A stretch of DNA of 64,000 nt, from contig CAVQUB010000008.1 in NCBI GenBank assembly GCA_963716725.1, positions 160,001 to 224,000 of the forward strand, given 5' to 3'. The DNA is from an uncultured delta proteobacterium. Its GTDB lineage: Bacteria; Myxococcota_A; Polyangia; Polyangiales; Polyangiaceae. This document shows, piece by piece, positions 19,668-28,497 of the stretch (the first letter of the stretch is position 1; the number at the start of each line of letters is the position of its first letter). Under the pieces are notes generated by a model. That model was not told the origin of the DNA. It saw nothing but the letters and a program-made list of their open reading frames with translations, and made no database searches. Position numbers and translations under genes: made by a program.

Positions 19668-19746
19668 GCTCGGTCGAGGCGAGGCAGTGTAACAGCGCCG
19701 CCGACGGCGAGGCGGAGTCCTTGGTGGTCGTGATAGCGTCCGAGAG

Positions 19747-19842
19747 ATGTTTCCCATCGTCGTGCCGGGCGTCAGCCCCGATCCCGCGGCCTACGACGGG
19801 CAGTTCGTTCAGATCGATGTCGTGTCGATCCAAGCCAAGTGA
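19747..19842 (+). CDS. Putative 31-aa small ORF coupled to the aminotransferase
   Basis: MFPIVVPGVSPDPAAYDGQFVQIDVVSIQAK*; GC3-biased codons; TGATG overlap with the next start. Confidence 0.35.
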   Translation: MFPIVVPGVSPDPAAYDGQFVQIDVVSIQAK

Positions 19843-20993
19843 TGCTCTCGAGGCGAAGCGCCTTCCCGCGCGACCCAAACGCCCTGGCGAAGGCCGCCGA
19901 TCGCGCCCGAGCCTGCGGCGCTCCGCTGATCGATCTCACGGTTACCAATCCGACGTCGGCGGGGCTGCCCTACGAGGGCGAGAGGATCCGCGCAGCCTTC
20001 GCCAGCGAGCGCGCGCTGAGCTACGAGCCTGCGCCATTCGGGATCGATTCTGCGCGCGATGCCGTCTGCGTCGAACTGGCGCGGGACGGGATTGACGTCT
20101 CGCGCGATCGGGTCGTGCTCACCGCGAGCACTAGCGAGGCATACTCCTTCGCGTTTCAGCTGCTCTGTGACCCGGGGGACGCGGTGCTGGTTCCGGCCCC
20201 GAGCTACCCGCTGCTCGAGCATCTGGCTGCGCTCTCGGGCGTGCGCCTGGTTCCCTATCCGCTCGCCTACGACGGAGCCTGGCACATCGATGCCGACGCG
20301 CTGCAAAAGGCGCGCTGCGCCGACGCGCGCGCCGTGGTCGTCGTCAGCCCGAACAACCCGACGGGCTCGTTCTTGAAGCGAAACGAGCTCGAGCTAATCG
20401 CAGACCTCGGCCTGCCGATCATCAGCGACGAGGTCTTTGCCCGCTATCCGTTGACCGAGGACGAGACGCGAATCACGACGGCGCTCGAAACCAGCCGCGT
20501 CTTGGTCCTCGCTCTTGGCGGACTGTCCAAGCTGGCCGCGTTGCCGCAGCTCAAGCTCGGCTGGATGTTGATCGGCGGCCCTCCTGCGCTGGCGGCAGAA
20601 GCTCTCGGGCGACTGGAGCTGATCGCCGACACCTTTCTTTCCGTCGGCGCTCCCGTGCAACACGCGCTCCCAGAGATCTTCGACGCCTCCCGCTCCACGG
20701 TGGACGCGATCCGGTCGAGAGTTCGTGACGGTCTGGCTGTTGTGTCGGCCGAGCTCCGAGCGAGTCCGGCGAGCGTCTTGCACGTCGAAGGCGGCTGGGT
20801 TTCGGTGCTGAGGCTGCCTCGAACCAAGAGTGAGGAGGCGTGGGTCACCGGCCTCGTGGAGCGCGAAGGCGTTCTGGCGCAGCCGGGGTGGTTCTTCGAT
20901 TTTCCCGACGAACCCTACCTGGTCGTGAGTCTGCTGACGCCACCGGCCAATCTCGCGGAGGGCCTCCGGCGTCTTGCGCGCCATCTCGGGTGA
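19842..20993 (+). CDS. PLP-dependent class I/II aminotransferase
   Basis: SPNNPTG, SDEVF and GLSKLAALPQLKLGW (PLP lysine) motifs. Confidence 0.9.
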   Translation: MLSRRSAFPRDPNALAKAADRARACGAPLIDLTVTNPTSAGLPYEGERIRAAFASERALSYEPAPFGIDSARDAVCVELARDGIDVSRDRVVLTASTSEAYSFAFQLLCDPGDAVLVPAPSYPLLEHLAALSGVRLVPYPLAYDGAWHIDADALQKARCADARAVVVVSPNNPTGSFLKRNELELIADLGLPIISDEVFARYPLTEDETRITTALETSRVLVLALGGLSKLAALPQLKLGWMLIGGPPALAAEALGRLELIADTFLSVGAPVQHALPEIFDASRSTVDAIRSRVRDGLAVVSAELRASPASVLHVEGGWVSVLRLPRTKSEEAWVTGLVEREGVLAQPGWFFDFPDEPYLVVSLLTPPANLAEGLRRLARHLG

Positions 20994-21107
20994 CACTGCA
21001 CGCACGCCCCCCCATTGCCTTCGATGCTTCGGTTGGTCATCCTGCCCGCGGCCCGGAACTTGCTCGGATTCCGGCCCGCACGGGGTCGCCGTGCGCAGGA
21101 GGACACT

Positions 21108-23075
21108 TTGATTCGTCGCCGATCGCTTGGGTTCGTGCTCATGGGCAGCGGTATTCTCGTCGCTTGCGGGGCGCGCGACGCCATGGACAGCCCGTGCCCG
21201 ATGGGCTTCGCTGACGAAGACGGACAGTGCATCCCGATCACGGGTGGCACAGGCGGCAAAGGTGGCACAGGTGGCACCGGCGGCGTCGGCGGGACTGGGG
21301 GCTTCGGCGGCGGCGGCTTCGGCGGCGGGGGCTTCGGGGGTTTCGGCGGCGGGGGCTTCGGCGGGACCGGCGGCTTCGGGGGTTTCGGCGGCACGGGCGG
21401 TGGAGGGATGGGTGGCACCGGAGGGTTCACCGGCGACTGCTGCTCGCCGCAGCCTTGGCCTGGCTGTAGCGATCCGTTCATCACGAAATGCGTTTGCGCG
21501 GCGGATCCCTTCTGCTGCAACAACCAGTGGGACGGCGCCTGCGCGAATGAAGTGACCTCACTGGGCTGCGGCAACTGCGGCACCGGAGGCACCGGAGGCA
21601 TGGGCGGCTTCGGAGGCATGGGCGGCTTCGGAGGCATGGGCGGTTTCGGAGGCATGGGCGGTTTCGGAGGCATGGGTGGCTTCGGAGGCATGGGTGGCTT
21701 CGGAGGCATGGGTGGCTTCGGAGGCATGGGTGGCTTCGGTGGCACCGGCGGCTTCGGAGGCATGGGTGGCTTCGGTGGCACCGGCGGCTTCGGAGGCACC
21801 GGCGGCTTCGGAGGCATCGGTGGCATCGGAGGCATCGGTGGCATCGGTGGCATCGGTGGCTTCGGTGGCACCGGCGGCACCGGCGGCACCGGCGGCACCG
21901 GCGGCACCGGCGGCACCGGCGGCGGTTGCTCGGTCGGCGACTGCGACAACGACGGCTATAGCGTCGCCGACGGCGACTGCTGCGATCAGCCCGGCGGATG
22001 CAGCACCACACCCGAGCTCGTGAACCCAGGCGCCATCGAGTACATCGGCAACGCAGTGGACGACGACTGCGACGGGTTCTTCGACGAGATCGATCCGCCC
22101 TGTGACAACGCGGTCACCAATTCGGGAACCGGCGATCCGCTCGACTACGCCAAGGCCTTGGATCTCTGCCAGTTCACCACGGAGACGGTGCCCACCAAGA
22201 AGGACCTCAAGTGGGGCGTCATCAGCGGCAAGCTGACTCGCGCCAACGGAACCGGCGCCCCGGCGGTCCAGAGCCGATCGATCCGCTCCAAGTTTGGATC
22301 GGCGCTGTTCCCGTTGAAAGGGCAGAAGATGGCCCTCTTGTCTTCCGGTGCCGCGGCCGCGCCCGGGGACGCCAATCCGTCCCATCAGGCCTTCCAGTCG
22401 GGTGTGGACACGGGAACGACCAGTCCGTTCCCTGCCGATTGGTTCGCGGCAAACGGCAATACGCTACCGAATGCGCCCGGCTGTCCCGCCGTGGGTCAGG
22501 GTGGCGGCCAGGCGTTCAATCCGGTGATGCTCACGCTGCGGGTGCGGGTGCCGACCAACGCCAAGTCCTTCAGCTTCAACTCGTTCTTCTTCTCAGCGGA
22601 GTTCCCCGAGTTCGTTTGCACGAACTTCAACGACTTCTTCGTCGCTCTGGTCGATGCTCCCGTCACCACGAATCCGAAGGACAAGAACCTCGCCGTCTAC
22701 ATCGCGCCGGACTTCAAGCGCTACCCGATCGGTGTGAACCTGTCGCATTCGACCAACCTGTTCGCGGTCTGCGACGCCGGCGTGACCGGTTGCTCGGGCG
22801 GAGTGCCCGGCACCGCCAAGTGCCTGATGGGCCCCGCGCTCTTGGCGGGCACCGGCTTCGACACCAACACGGGTGGCTGCGGCACGCCGCCAAACGACAG
22901 CAAGCTGCTCGGTGGCGGCACCGGCTGGCTCACCACCGCGGGCAACGTCGCCTCGGGTCAGGTCATGGAGCTGCGCGTCGCGATCTGGGACACCGGCGAC
23001 GGCATCTACGACTCGCTCGTGCTGCTCGACAACTGGCTCTGGAACCTCAGCCCGGCATCACCGGGCACCCGCTGA
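21108..23075 (+). CDS. Gly-rich lipoprotein with ten-Cys module, MopE-like metal-binding repeat and choice-of-anchor-L-like domain
   Basis: GGAGGA RBS before TTG; lipobox LVAC; DNDGY..DC...NPGA.E..N.VDDDCDG; SAEFPEFVCTNFND and D.GD.IYDS.V.LD motifs. Confidence 0.75.
   Translation: MIRRRSLGFVLMGSGILVACGARDAMDSPCPMGFADEDGQCIPITGGTGGKGGTGGTGGVGGTGGFGGGGFGGGGFGGFGGGGFGGTGGFGGFGGTGGGGMGGTGGFTGDCCSPQPWPGCSDPFITKCVCAADPFCCNNQWDGACANEVTSLGCGNCGTGGTGGMGGFGGMGGFGGMGGFGGMGGFGGMGGFGGMGGFGGMGGFGGMGGFGGTGGFGGMGGFGGTGGFGGTGGFGGIGGIGGIGGIGGIGGFGGTGGTGGTGGTGGTGGTGGGCSVGDCDNDGYSVADGDCCDQPGGCSTTPELVNPGAIEYIGNAVDDDCDGFFDEIDPPCDNAVTNSGTGDPLDYAKALDLCQFTTETVPTKKDLKWGVISGKLTRANGTGAPAVQSRSIRSKFGSALFPLKGQKMALLSSGAAAAPGDANPSHQAFQSGVDTGTTSPFPADWFAANGNTLPNAPGCPAVGQGGGQAFNPVMLTLRVRVPTNAKSFSFNSFFFSAEFPEFVCTNFNDFFVALVDAPVTTNPKDKNLAVYIAPDFKRYPIGVNLSHSTNLFAVCDAGVTGCSGGVPGTAKCLMGPALLAGTGFDTNTGGCGTPPNDSKLLGGGTGWLTTAGNVASGQVMELRVAIWDTGDGIYDSLVLLDNWLWNLSPASPGTR
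21579..21924 (+). repeat. Coding tandem repeats (18-bp GGMGGF and 9-bp GGT/GGI units)
   Basis: Repeated ggaggcatgggyggyttc and ggcggcacc units in frame. Confidence 0.95.
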
Positions 23076-23076
23076 C

Positions 23077-23886
23077 TCAGCTGTGACGCTGGCGTCGCGC
23101 GGCCAAGAGGCCGAGGCCCAGGAGGCCTAGGGCGAGTCCGCCCGCGGGCTCGTTCCGGGTATTCGCGAGACGGCATCCGCAGCCGCCGGGCTTCTCCTTC
23201 ACTTCACCGGGCTTCTCCGGCGTGGGCTCGTCGACGGGATCCGCTACCGGCTCTTTCGCGGCGGGCTCTTCCTTCTTCTCTTCTCCGCCCTCGCCGCCGC
23301 CGCCCGCGGCTTCCTTCTCCTCGGCGGCCTTCTTCGCGGCTTCCTTCTCCTTCTTGGATTTGGGATCCGCAAAGACCATCGCACGACGGTCGATGATCTC
23401 GTTCTCGCCTTCGAACTTCAGCGTGGTGGGTGCGCCGATGAGCTGACCGTTGCGAGAGTCGCGTACCGACACCTTGTACTCCCCTGCTTCGAAGCCGTGG
23501 GCGCGGGTGAGCTTGAAGCTGAACTTGGTGCCTTTCTCGATCTTGCCGCTGCCCGGGTCCATGAACCCGACCTCGACGCCCTCGATGATGTCCTGTTGCC
23601 CGACGAGGGGCACGCGTCGCTCGACCAGCTTGTCTCCGTCCACCATGGCGCGCTCGAAGTACGCGACGGGTGAGAACTCGAACTTGACTGGGATGTGGGC
23701 GACGTCGGGAGCTCGGTTCAAGAAGATCTTGATCTCGAGCTTCCACGACTTGCTATCGGTCTCCGTGACCGTGGTCTTGGTCCATTGCACTCGACCGGCG
23801 GCGAGGGCGATACTCGCGAACATCAGCAGCGCGATCAACAGCGCGGAGCTCGTGACGAGCCGCACCCAGGAATTCCGCGTCGACAT
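23077..23886 (-). CDS. Secreted MYXO-CTERM protein
   Basis: Signal peptide; C-terminal GGCGCR, hydrophobic helix and RRQR. Confidence 0.85.
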   Translation of the reverse strand: MSTRNSWVRLVTSSALLIALLMFASIALAAGRVQWTKTTVTETDSKSWKLEIKIFLNRAPDVAHIPVKFEFSPVAYFERAMVDGDKLVERRVPLVGQQDIIEGVEVGFMDPGSGKIEKGTKFSFKLTRAHGFEAGEYKVSVRDSRNGQLIGAPTTLKFEGENEIIDRRAMVFADPKSKKEKEAAKKAAEEKEAAGGGGEGGEEKKEEPAAKEPVADPVDEPTPEKPGEVKEKPGGCGCRLANTRNEPAGGLALGLLGLGLLAARRQRHS

Positions 23887-23938
23887 CTGGCAACCTCCGA
23901 CCGAAAGCTAGCGCGAATTCAGGAAATCCAGAAACGCG

Positions 23939-24532
23939 ATGAGCCCCTCCCAGGTCACCAGCCGGCTGATTTGCGCGGCACCGCGGGCGGCAGTGCTCTT
24001 CGCGATGGCCTGCGCGCCGAGCGCGCCGACGACGCTGCCCCACGCTTCAGTGCCGAGTCGCGGCGAAGGCTCCTTGCCCGCCGCTCCGCCGCCGCCGCTG
24101 GTGGCGCCCCCGAGCGAGCAGCATTCTTGCAGCGATGCCCTCGGCAGCGAGCTCGCCAAGATCAGCTGCGACCGGAGACGCTTCGTCGTGGCCCACCCCA
24201 TCGAGCTTCACCCCGATCGAGCAGCGCCGCTGCCGCCCACACGAGAGGTGCTCCAGCGCGTGGGTGAGATCATGCAAGAGGCCGGCGACGTTCTCTTGGT
24301 CCGCGTCGAGGTCGCGTCGGGCTCCGATCCGGGGCGCGATCCCGCGCGTCGGCGCGCCGCTCTGGCGAGTGCGCAGCGGCGCGCCGACGCGCTACTCCAG
24401 TATTTGTGGAGAAAGCGCGGTGTCTCGGCCGAGCGCCTCGAGGCGGTCGCCTACGAATACGATCCGCGCCGCGAGGCAGAAGGATCGGCGTTCCCGGTCG
24501 TCCTTCGCATCGTGCAGCGCGCGAGCCGATGA
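23939..24532 (+). CDS. Lipoprotein with divergent OmpA-like C-terminal domain
   Basis: Lipobox AMAC; L..V..I...VRVE...QRRADA...YL...GVSAERLEAV pattern. Confidence 0.6.
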   Translation: MSPSQVTSRLICAAPRAAVLFAMACAPSAPTTLPHASVPSRGEGSLPAAPPPPLVAPPSEQHSCSDALGSELAKISCDRRRFVVAHPIELHPDRAAPLPPTREVLQRVGEIMQEAGDVLLVRVEVASGSDPGRDPARRRAALASAQRRADALLQYLWRKRGVSAERLEAVAYEYDPRREAEGSAFPVVLRIVQRASR

Positions 24533-24574
24533 GGCGTTCCTTTCTCGGGGAAGCCAGCGTACGCTTCCGCTTCG

Positions 24575-25414
24575 ATGAGTCGGAGGGTCGCCATCACGCT
24601 CGGCTCGTGGGTGTTTCTGGCTGCGGCAACTGCCCAGGCGGAGCTTCCACGGGACTACTTCTTGGACGCGCCGGCTGCCGGCACGTTCTCCATGTCGGAC
24701 GTGTACAACGTCGGCGCGCAGCAAAGCATCGAGAACCGCGCGCACCTCGAAGAGGGCATGAGCATGCTGACGACCCGGCTCTCGGGCATCGCCAGCTACC
24801 CCTACGCCGACGGCAGCATCAACCTCGACGCGCGCGTGTTTCTGTTCACGCTGGGGGCCAGCGCAGGCTACCGGCAGGTGTACCGCAACCACAGCTTCGC
24901 CCCCGGCGAAGACTCGAGCCGGGACGCGCGCAACGACCGTGAGTCGGACAAGGACTTCGACGCGCAGGGCTTTGCCTACGGCGAAGGGCGCCTCCGTTTC
25001 GTCGTCCCGCTGGATCCTTTCTTCTTGATCAGCACCAATACGGCGCGATTCGAAGACATGGACGACAACTCGCTCGACTGGATGCACGCCAACATGCACG
25101 ACGGCGGGACCCTGTTCAAGAGCGAGGCCACGCTCTTCTATCGCCATCGAAGTCTCGGAGGCATCGGCCCCTATGCGCGGGTGATGAACCTGCCCCGCAC
25201 ACGCGATGACGGAAGTCACGGGCGCGACACCGAACTCCACTACGGCATGGTGTTCGGCACCCGCCCGGGCCTCGTGACTCCGCGCGGGGGCAACGCCGAT
25301 CTGCTTCTGGTGCAGCTGGTGTTCAAGTTTGGCGACGAGGACTTCGGTCTGCACCCGTACCGCTTGCCGGTCTATCCGCTGGCGGTGTACCGGGCCGTGT
25401 TCCGGCTCTTCTGA
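24575..25414 (+). CDS. Hypothetical outer-membrane beta-barrel protein
   Basis: Signal peptide (AQA), amphipathic strands, C-terminal Phe. Confidence 0.7.
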   Translation: MSRRVAITLGSWVFLAAATAQAELPRDYFLDAPAAGTFSMSDVYNVGAQQSIENRAHLEEGMSMLTTRLSGIASYPYADGSINLDARVFLFTLGASAGYRQVYRNHSFAPGEDSSRDARNDRESDKDFDAQGFAYGEGRLRFVVPLDPFFLISTNTARFEDMDDNSLDWMHANMHDGGTLFKSEATLFYRHRSLGGIGPYARVMNLPRTRDDGSHGRDTELHYGMVFGTRPGLVTPRGGNADLLLVQLVFKFGDEDFGLHPYRLPVYPLAVYRAVFRLF

Positions 25415-26432
25415 GCTCGATGGCCCACGCGACCGCCAGGCTGGAGGCGGTCAGGATTGCGACGACGACCCAGGTGCGAGCGGGCGTCGAGGGCGAGAGG
25501 CCCGAGAGCTCCGCGACGCCGAGCAGGCCTAGGTGGGCGACGTACGCCGCCAGCGCGTGGCGGCCCAAGAGCAAGCAGGGCGCGATGACGCGGCTTCCGG
25601 CGAGCCGGCGCCCGACCACCAGCCACGCTCCGAGCGAGAGCGTCAGCGGCAAGATCAGCCCCAGCGTGCCGACGGCCGAGTGATTCCAGAATCGGACCGG
25701 TGCTCGGGCGGTGTTGCTGCCGAGATCGAAGAGGGCGAGTTGGCCGCCATGGACGCGATACATGGACGCACGCTCGGTGATCCAACTCGAATCGATCGCC
25801 AACACGCCGACGAAAAGCCCAGCGCTGACGGCGCTGATGACGCCGAGCCCGCGACCGCCGCTGCGCCGCCAGACTCGCCATATCAGCGAACCGATCAAGG
25901 TGAACACGACAATGGGAAAGGCGCCGCCGGGCCCTGCGTTGAGTCCCGGCACGGTGGTGCCGCTGTGGTCGAGCCACGCAGTGATGGACCACACCGCGGC
26001 GCCCGCGAGGCAGAGCGCCAGGTCGGGTGAAGGACTCGCCAGAGCTAGCGAACCCACCGCAATGGCCAAAGCGATCGCTGAGAGGATCCCCGGTGACGCG
26101 ATCAGATCTGGAAGCTCGGGGCCGTATTGCGGCACGAACAGCGCCACGGCGAGCAGATACAAACCCAGGGCGCGCCAGAGCACCTTCCCCGCGACGCTCA
26201 CGCCGGCCTTCTCATGGGCCAATGCGAGGGAGACGCCGGCGATGAACAAGAAGGACGCGGCGATGTACGGCTCGGTCCACATGAAGAAGCGCAGCGATCG
26301 CTCCACGATCGAGGGCTCCGCCCTCGGTTGGAGCCGCTTGGTGTGGACGATGAACATCATCACGACCACGAAGGCGCGATAAAGGTCGAGCCCGGGCTCG
26401 CTTCGCTGGGTCGTGGGGCTCGCTTGGGTCAC
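25323..26432 (-). CDS. DUF1624 / heparan-alpha-glucosaminide N-acetyltransferase-like membrane acyltransferase
   Basis: LDLYRA..V.MM..VH, FLFIAGVS and LGRHALAAYVAH motifs; multi-TM. Confidence 0.75.
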   Translation of the reverse strand: MTQASPTTQRSEPGLDLYRAFVVVMMFIVHTKRLQPRAEPSIVERSLRFFMWTEPYIAASFLFIAGVSLALAHEKAGVSVAGKVLWRALGLYLLAVALFVPQYGPELPDLIASPGILSAIALAIAVGSLALASPSPDLALCLAGAAVWSITAWLDHSGTTVPGLNAGPGGAFPIVVFTLIGSLIWRVWRRSGGRGLGVISAVSAGLFVGVLAIDSSWITERASMYRVHGGQLALFDLGSNTARAPVRFWNHSAVGTLGLILPLTLSLGAWLVVGRRLAGSRVIAPCLLLGRHALAAYVAHLGLLGVAELSGLSPSTPARTWVVVAILTASSLAVAWAIELRRAGTRPGTPPADRPASGTGADRSPRRQT

Positions 26433-26464
26433 GTTCCGGGGTACAATCCCTCCCGGAGGCACGC

Positions 26465-28072
26465 ATGGGAAGCCGGGTGATGCAGAGCACATGGCTCTTG
26501 GCCGCGGTCCTCCTCGGCAGCGCGTGCAGCTCGAGCAGCGACGACGTGGCGGGTGGCGGTGGGAATGTTGCCGGAGGCAGCGGCGGCAAGGGCGGTACCG
26601 GAGTCTCTGGTGGCGGGTGGGGCGGCTCCACGGCTGGCTCGGGCAGCGGCGGTAGCTCCAGCGGCGGCACCGGCGGTCTGGCTCCGCTGCCCTGTGACGA
26701 GCGTTTCAAGGTCGTGGATCCAGCGACCGTGGGCGTGCCATTCGATGTGTCGGTCAGCGACGCTTCGCCACACGCCTATGTCGATCTCGAAGTCGCGGGT
26801 CCGGGCTCGCCCTCGAGCGCGTGGGGTGGAGTGGCCGGGAGCAAGCCGTGGACCTGGACCTGGAAGGTCAGCGGACACGGCGCCGGCGTGCTCGACCTCA
26901 GCTTCAAGAAGGACAAGAACAACAACGCGGGCACCACCGTCGCAACCTGCCAGATCCACTCCGTCGGTTCCGGTGGAACCACCGGCGGTGGCGGATCGAC
27001 CGGCGGCGGCGGAAGCGGCGGGACGACGGGGACCGGCGGCACCAGCAGCGGGCCGCCCCCCGCCAACCGCTACGGCATGGGCCTCGTCAACCATGGAGAC
27101 GCCACCGATGTCGATCTCACCTCGAAGCTGGCCGGTCCGGGCGGGTGGTTCTTGGTGATCTTCGCGGACATCACGCCGAACCGCACCAGCGCCGACGCGA
27201 GTTGGAAGTCCAGCATCCAGCAGGCTTACGCCAAGGACTTGATCCCCGTGATTCGCATGGCGCCGCCCTGGGGCGATCGAAAAGTGCGCAACATGGGCGA
27301 GAGCCCGACCTCCTACAAGAAGCTCGCGCAGGCCTACAAGGCCGTGATCCAAGATCTGCCCAAGCGCAGCGATTGGCCCCTCTACGTGCAAATCCACAAC
27401 GAGCCGAACCTCTGCTACGAGTGGGAGTGCGACTCGTCCGCGGGCACGCTCAGCGACAAAACCATCGCCAGCGAGTACGCCCACATGATGCGCGACGTCG
27501 CCGACGCGCTGCACTCAATCGGCGATCCGAGGATCAAGGTCTTGAACGGTGCGCTGGCACCTGGCGGCGTCGCGTGGTGCCAGTGCGGCACCAGCAACTT
27601 CGCCCCCGGCACCCTCGCGTCCACATTCTTGACCCAGATGAACCAGGCGGTGCCGGGCGTGTTCGACAAGATCGACGCCTTTGCCACCCATTCGTATCCG
27701 GCCAAAGGCGAGGGCTGGGGGTTCTTCGTCGCGTACTCCGAGGCGATGACGGGTCTGAAGTACTTCGAGAAGGAGCTCGCGGCCATCAACAAGCCGAACA
27801 TGAAGGTGCTGATCACCGAGACGGGCTGGCCAACCACTTGGGAGGGCGGGATCAACTGGAGCCGCGATCAGGTGGCGGGCTTCACCGTCGATGCGGTGAA
27901 GAACGTCTGGACGACTCATCCGAACGTCCTCGGCATCACGCCCTTCATCCTCCGCGACGGGGGGAACTGGGACAAGTTCGCGTGGACGAAGCCTGACGGC
28001 GCTCCGTATCCTGTCTACACCAAGGTGCGCGCGCACCGCTGCGCGCAGGCCGGGGCCAAGAACTGCAACTAG
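26465..28072 (+). CDS. Lipoprotein glycoside hydrolase (clan GH-A)
   Basis: GGAGG RBS; lipobox GSAC; HNEPN acid/base, HSYP and ITETGW nucleophile motifs. Confidence 0.8.
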   Translation: MGSRVMQSTWLLAAVLLGSACSSSSDDVAGGGGNVAGGSGGKGGTGVSGGGWGGSTAGSGSGGSSSGGTGGLAPLPCDERFKVVDPATVGVPFDVSVSDASPHAYVDLEVAGPGSPSSAWGGVAGSKPWTWTWKVSGHGAGVLDLSFKKDKNNNAGTTVATCQIHSVGSGGTTGGGGSTGGGGSGGTTGTGGTSSGPPPANRYGMGLVNHGDATDVDLTSKLAGPGGWFLVIFADITPNRTSADASWKSSIQQAYAKDLIPVIRMAPPWGDRKVRNMGESPTSYKKLAQAYKAVIQDLPKRSDWPLYVQIHNEPNLCYEWECDSSAGTLSDKTIASEYAHMMRDVADALHSIGDPRIKVLNGALAPGGVAWCQCGTSNFAPGTLASTFLTQMNQAVPGVFDKIDAFATHSYPAKGEGWGFFVAYSEAMTGLKYFEKELAAINKPNMKVLITETGWPTTWEGGINWSRDQVAGFTVDAVKNVWTTHPNVLGITPFILRDGGNWDKFAWTKPDGAPYPVYTKVRAHRCAQAGAKNCN

Positions 28073-28383
28073 TCTTCCGGGGACGGCGACGGGATGGTGT
28101 CGTGATTGGCGTCGTCGGCCGGACCGTTCCGGTCGACGGACTGCGGCGCTGGCGGCGCTGGCAGCGTCGCGCCCTCCCCGCCGGGCACCTCGTGCTCGGG
28201 CTGAGTCGGGATCTGATCTTGGTCGACGAAGGGAGCCCAGGTCAGCGAGGGCAGGCGCGGTGCCTTCGGGACCGACACGGGATCGATCTGCTCGATCCGG
28301 CGGGTGCCGCTCCGCCGGCGCGCAGCTGTGGAGTCGACGGCCGCGTCGTCCTTCGGTCCTTGCTTCTTGTGCGCTGACGTCAT
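28069..28383 (-). CDS. Hypothetical low-complexity protein
   Basis: Fills the intergenic gap; Pro/Asp-rich with TLP/TIP motifs. Confidence 0.5.
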   Translation of the reverse strand: MTSAHKKQGPKDDAAVDSTAARRRSGTRRIEQIDPVSVPKAPRLPSLTWAPFVDQDQIPTQPEHEVPGGEGATLPAPPAPQSVDRNGPADDANHDTIPSPSPED

Positions 28384-28497
28384 GGTCCCACCCCCAACTC
28401 AGGGCCGGGAGTCTATTCCCCTGGCGGCAGATTGCACGCACCTTCGGGATCCCCTGGAAAAGTGGACTGGTTTGCCTGCCGGGCGCATGATTCGGGC

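Noticed and set aside
21579..21924. Minus-strand (PPMPPK)n ORF 20915..21949 as a real Pro-rich protein
   Set aside because: It is the antisense shadow of the Gly repeats in the plus-strand lipoprotein, which has an RBS, a lipobox and recognisable domains
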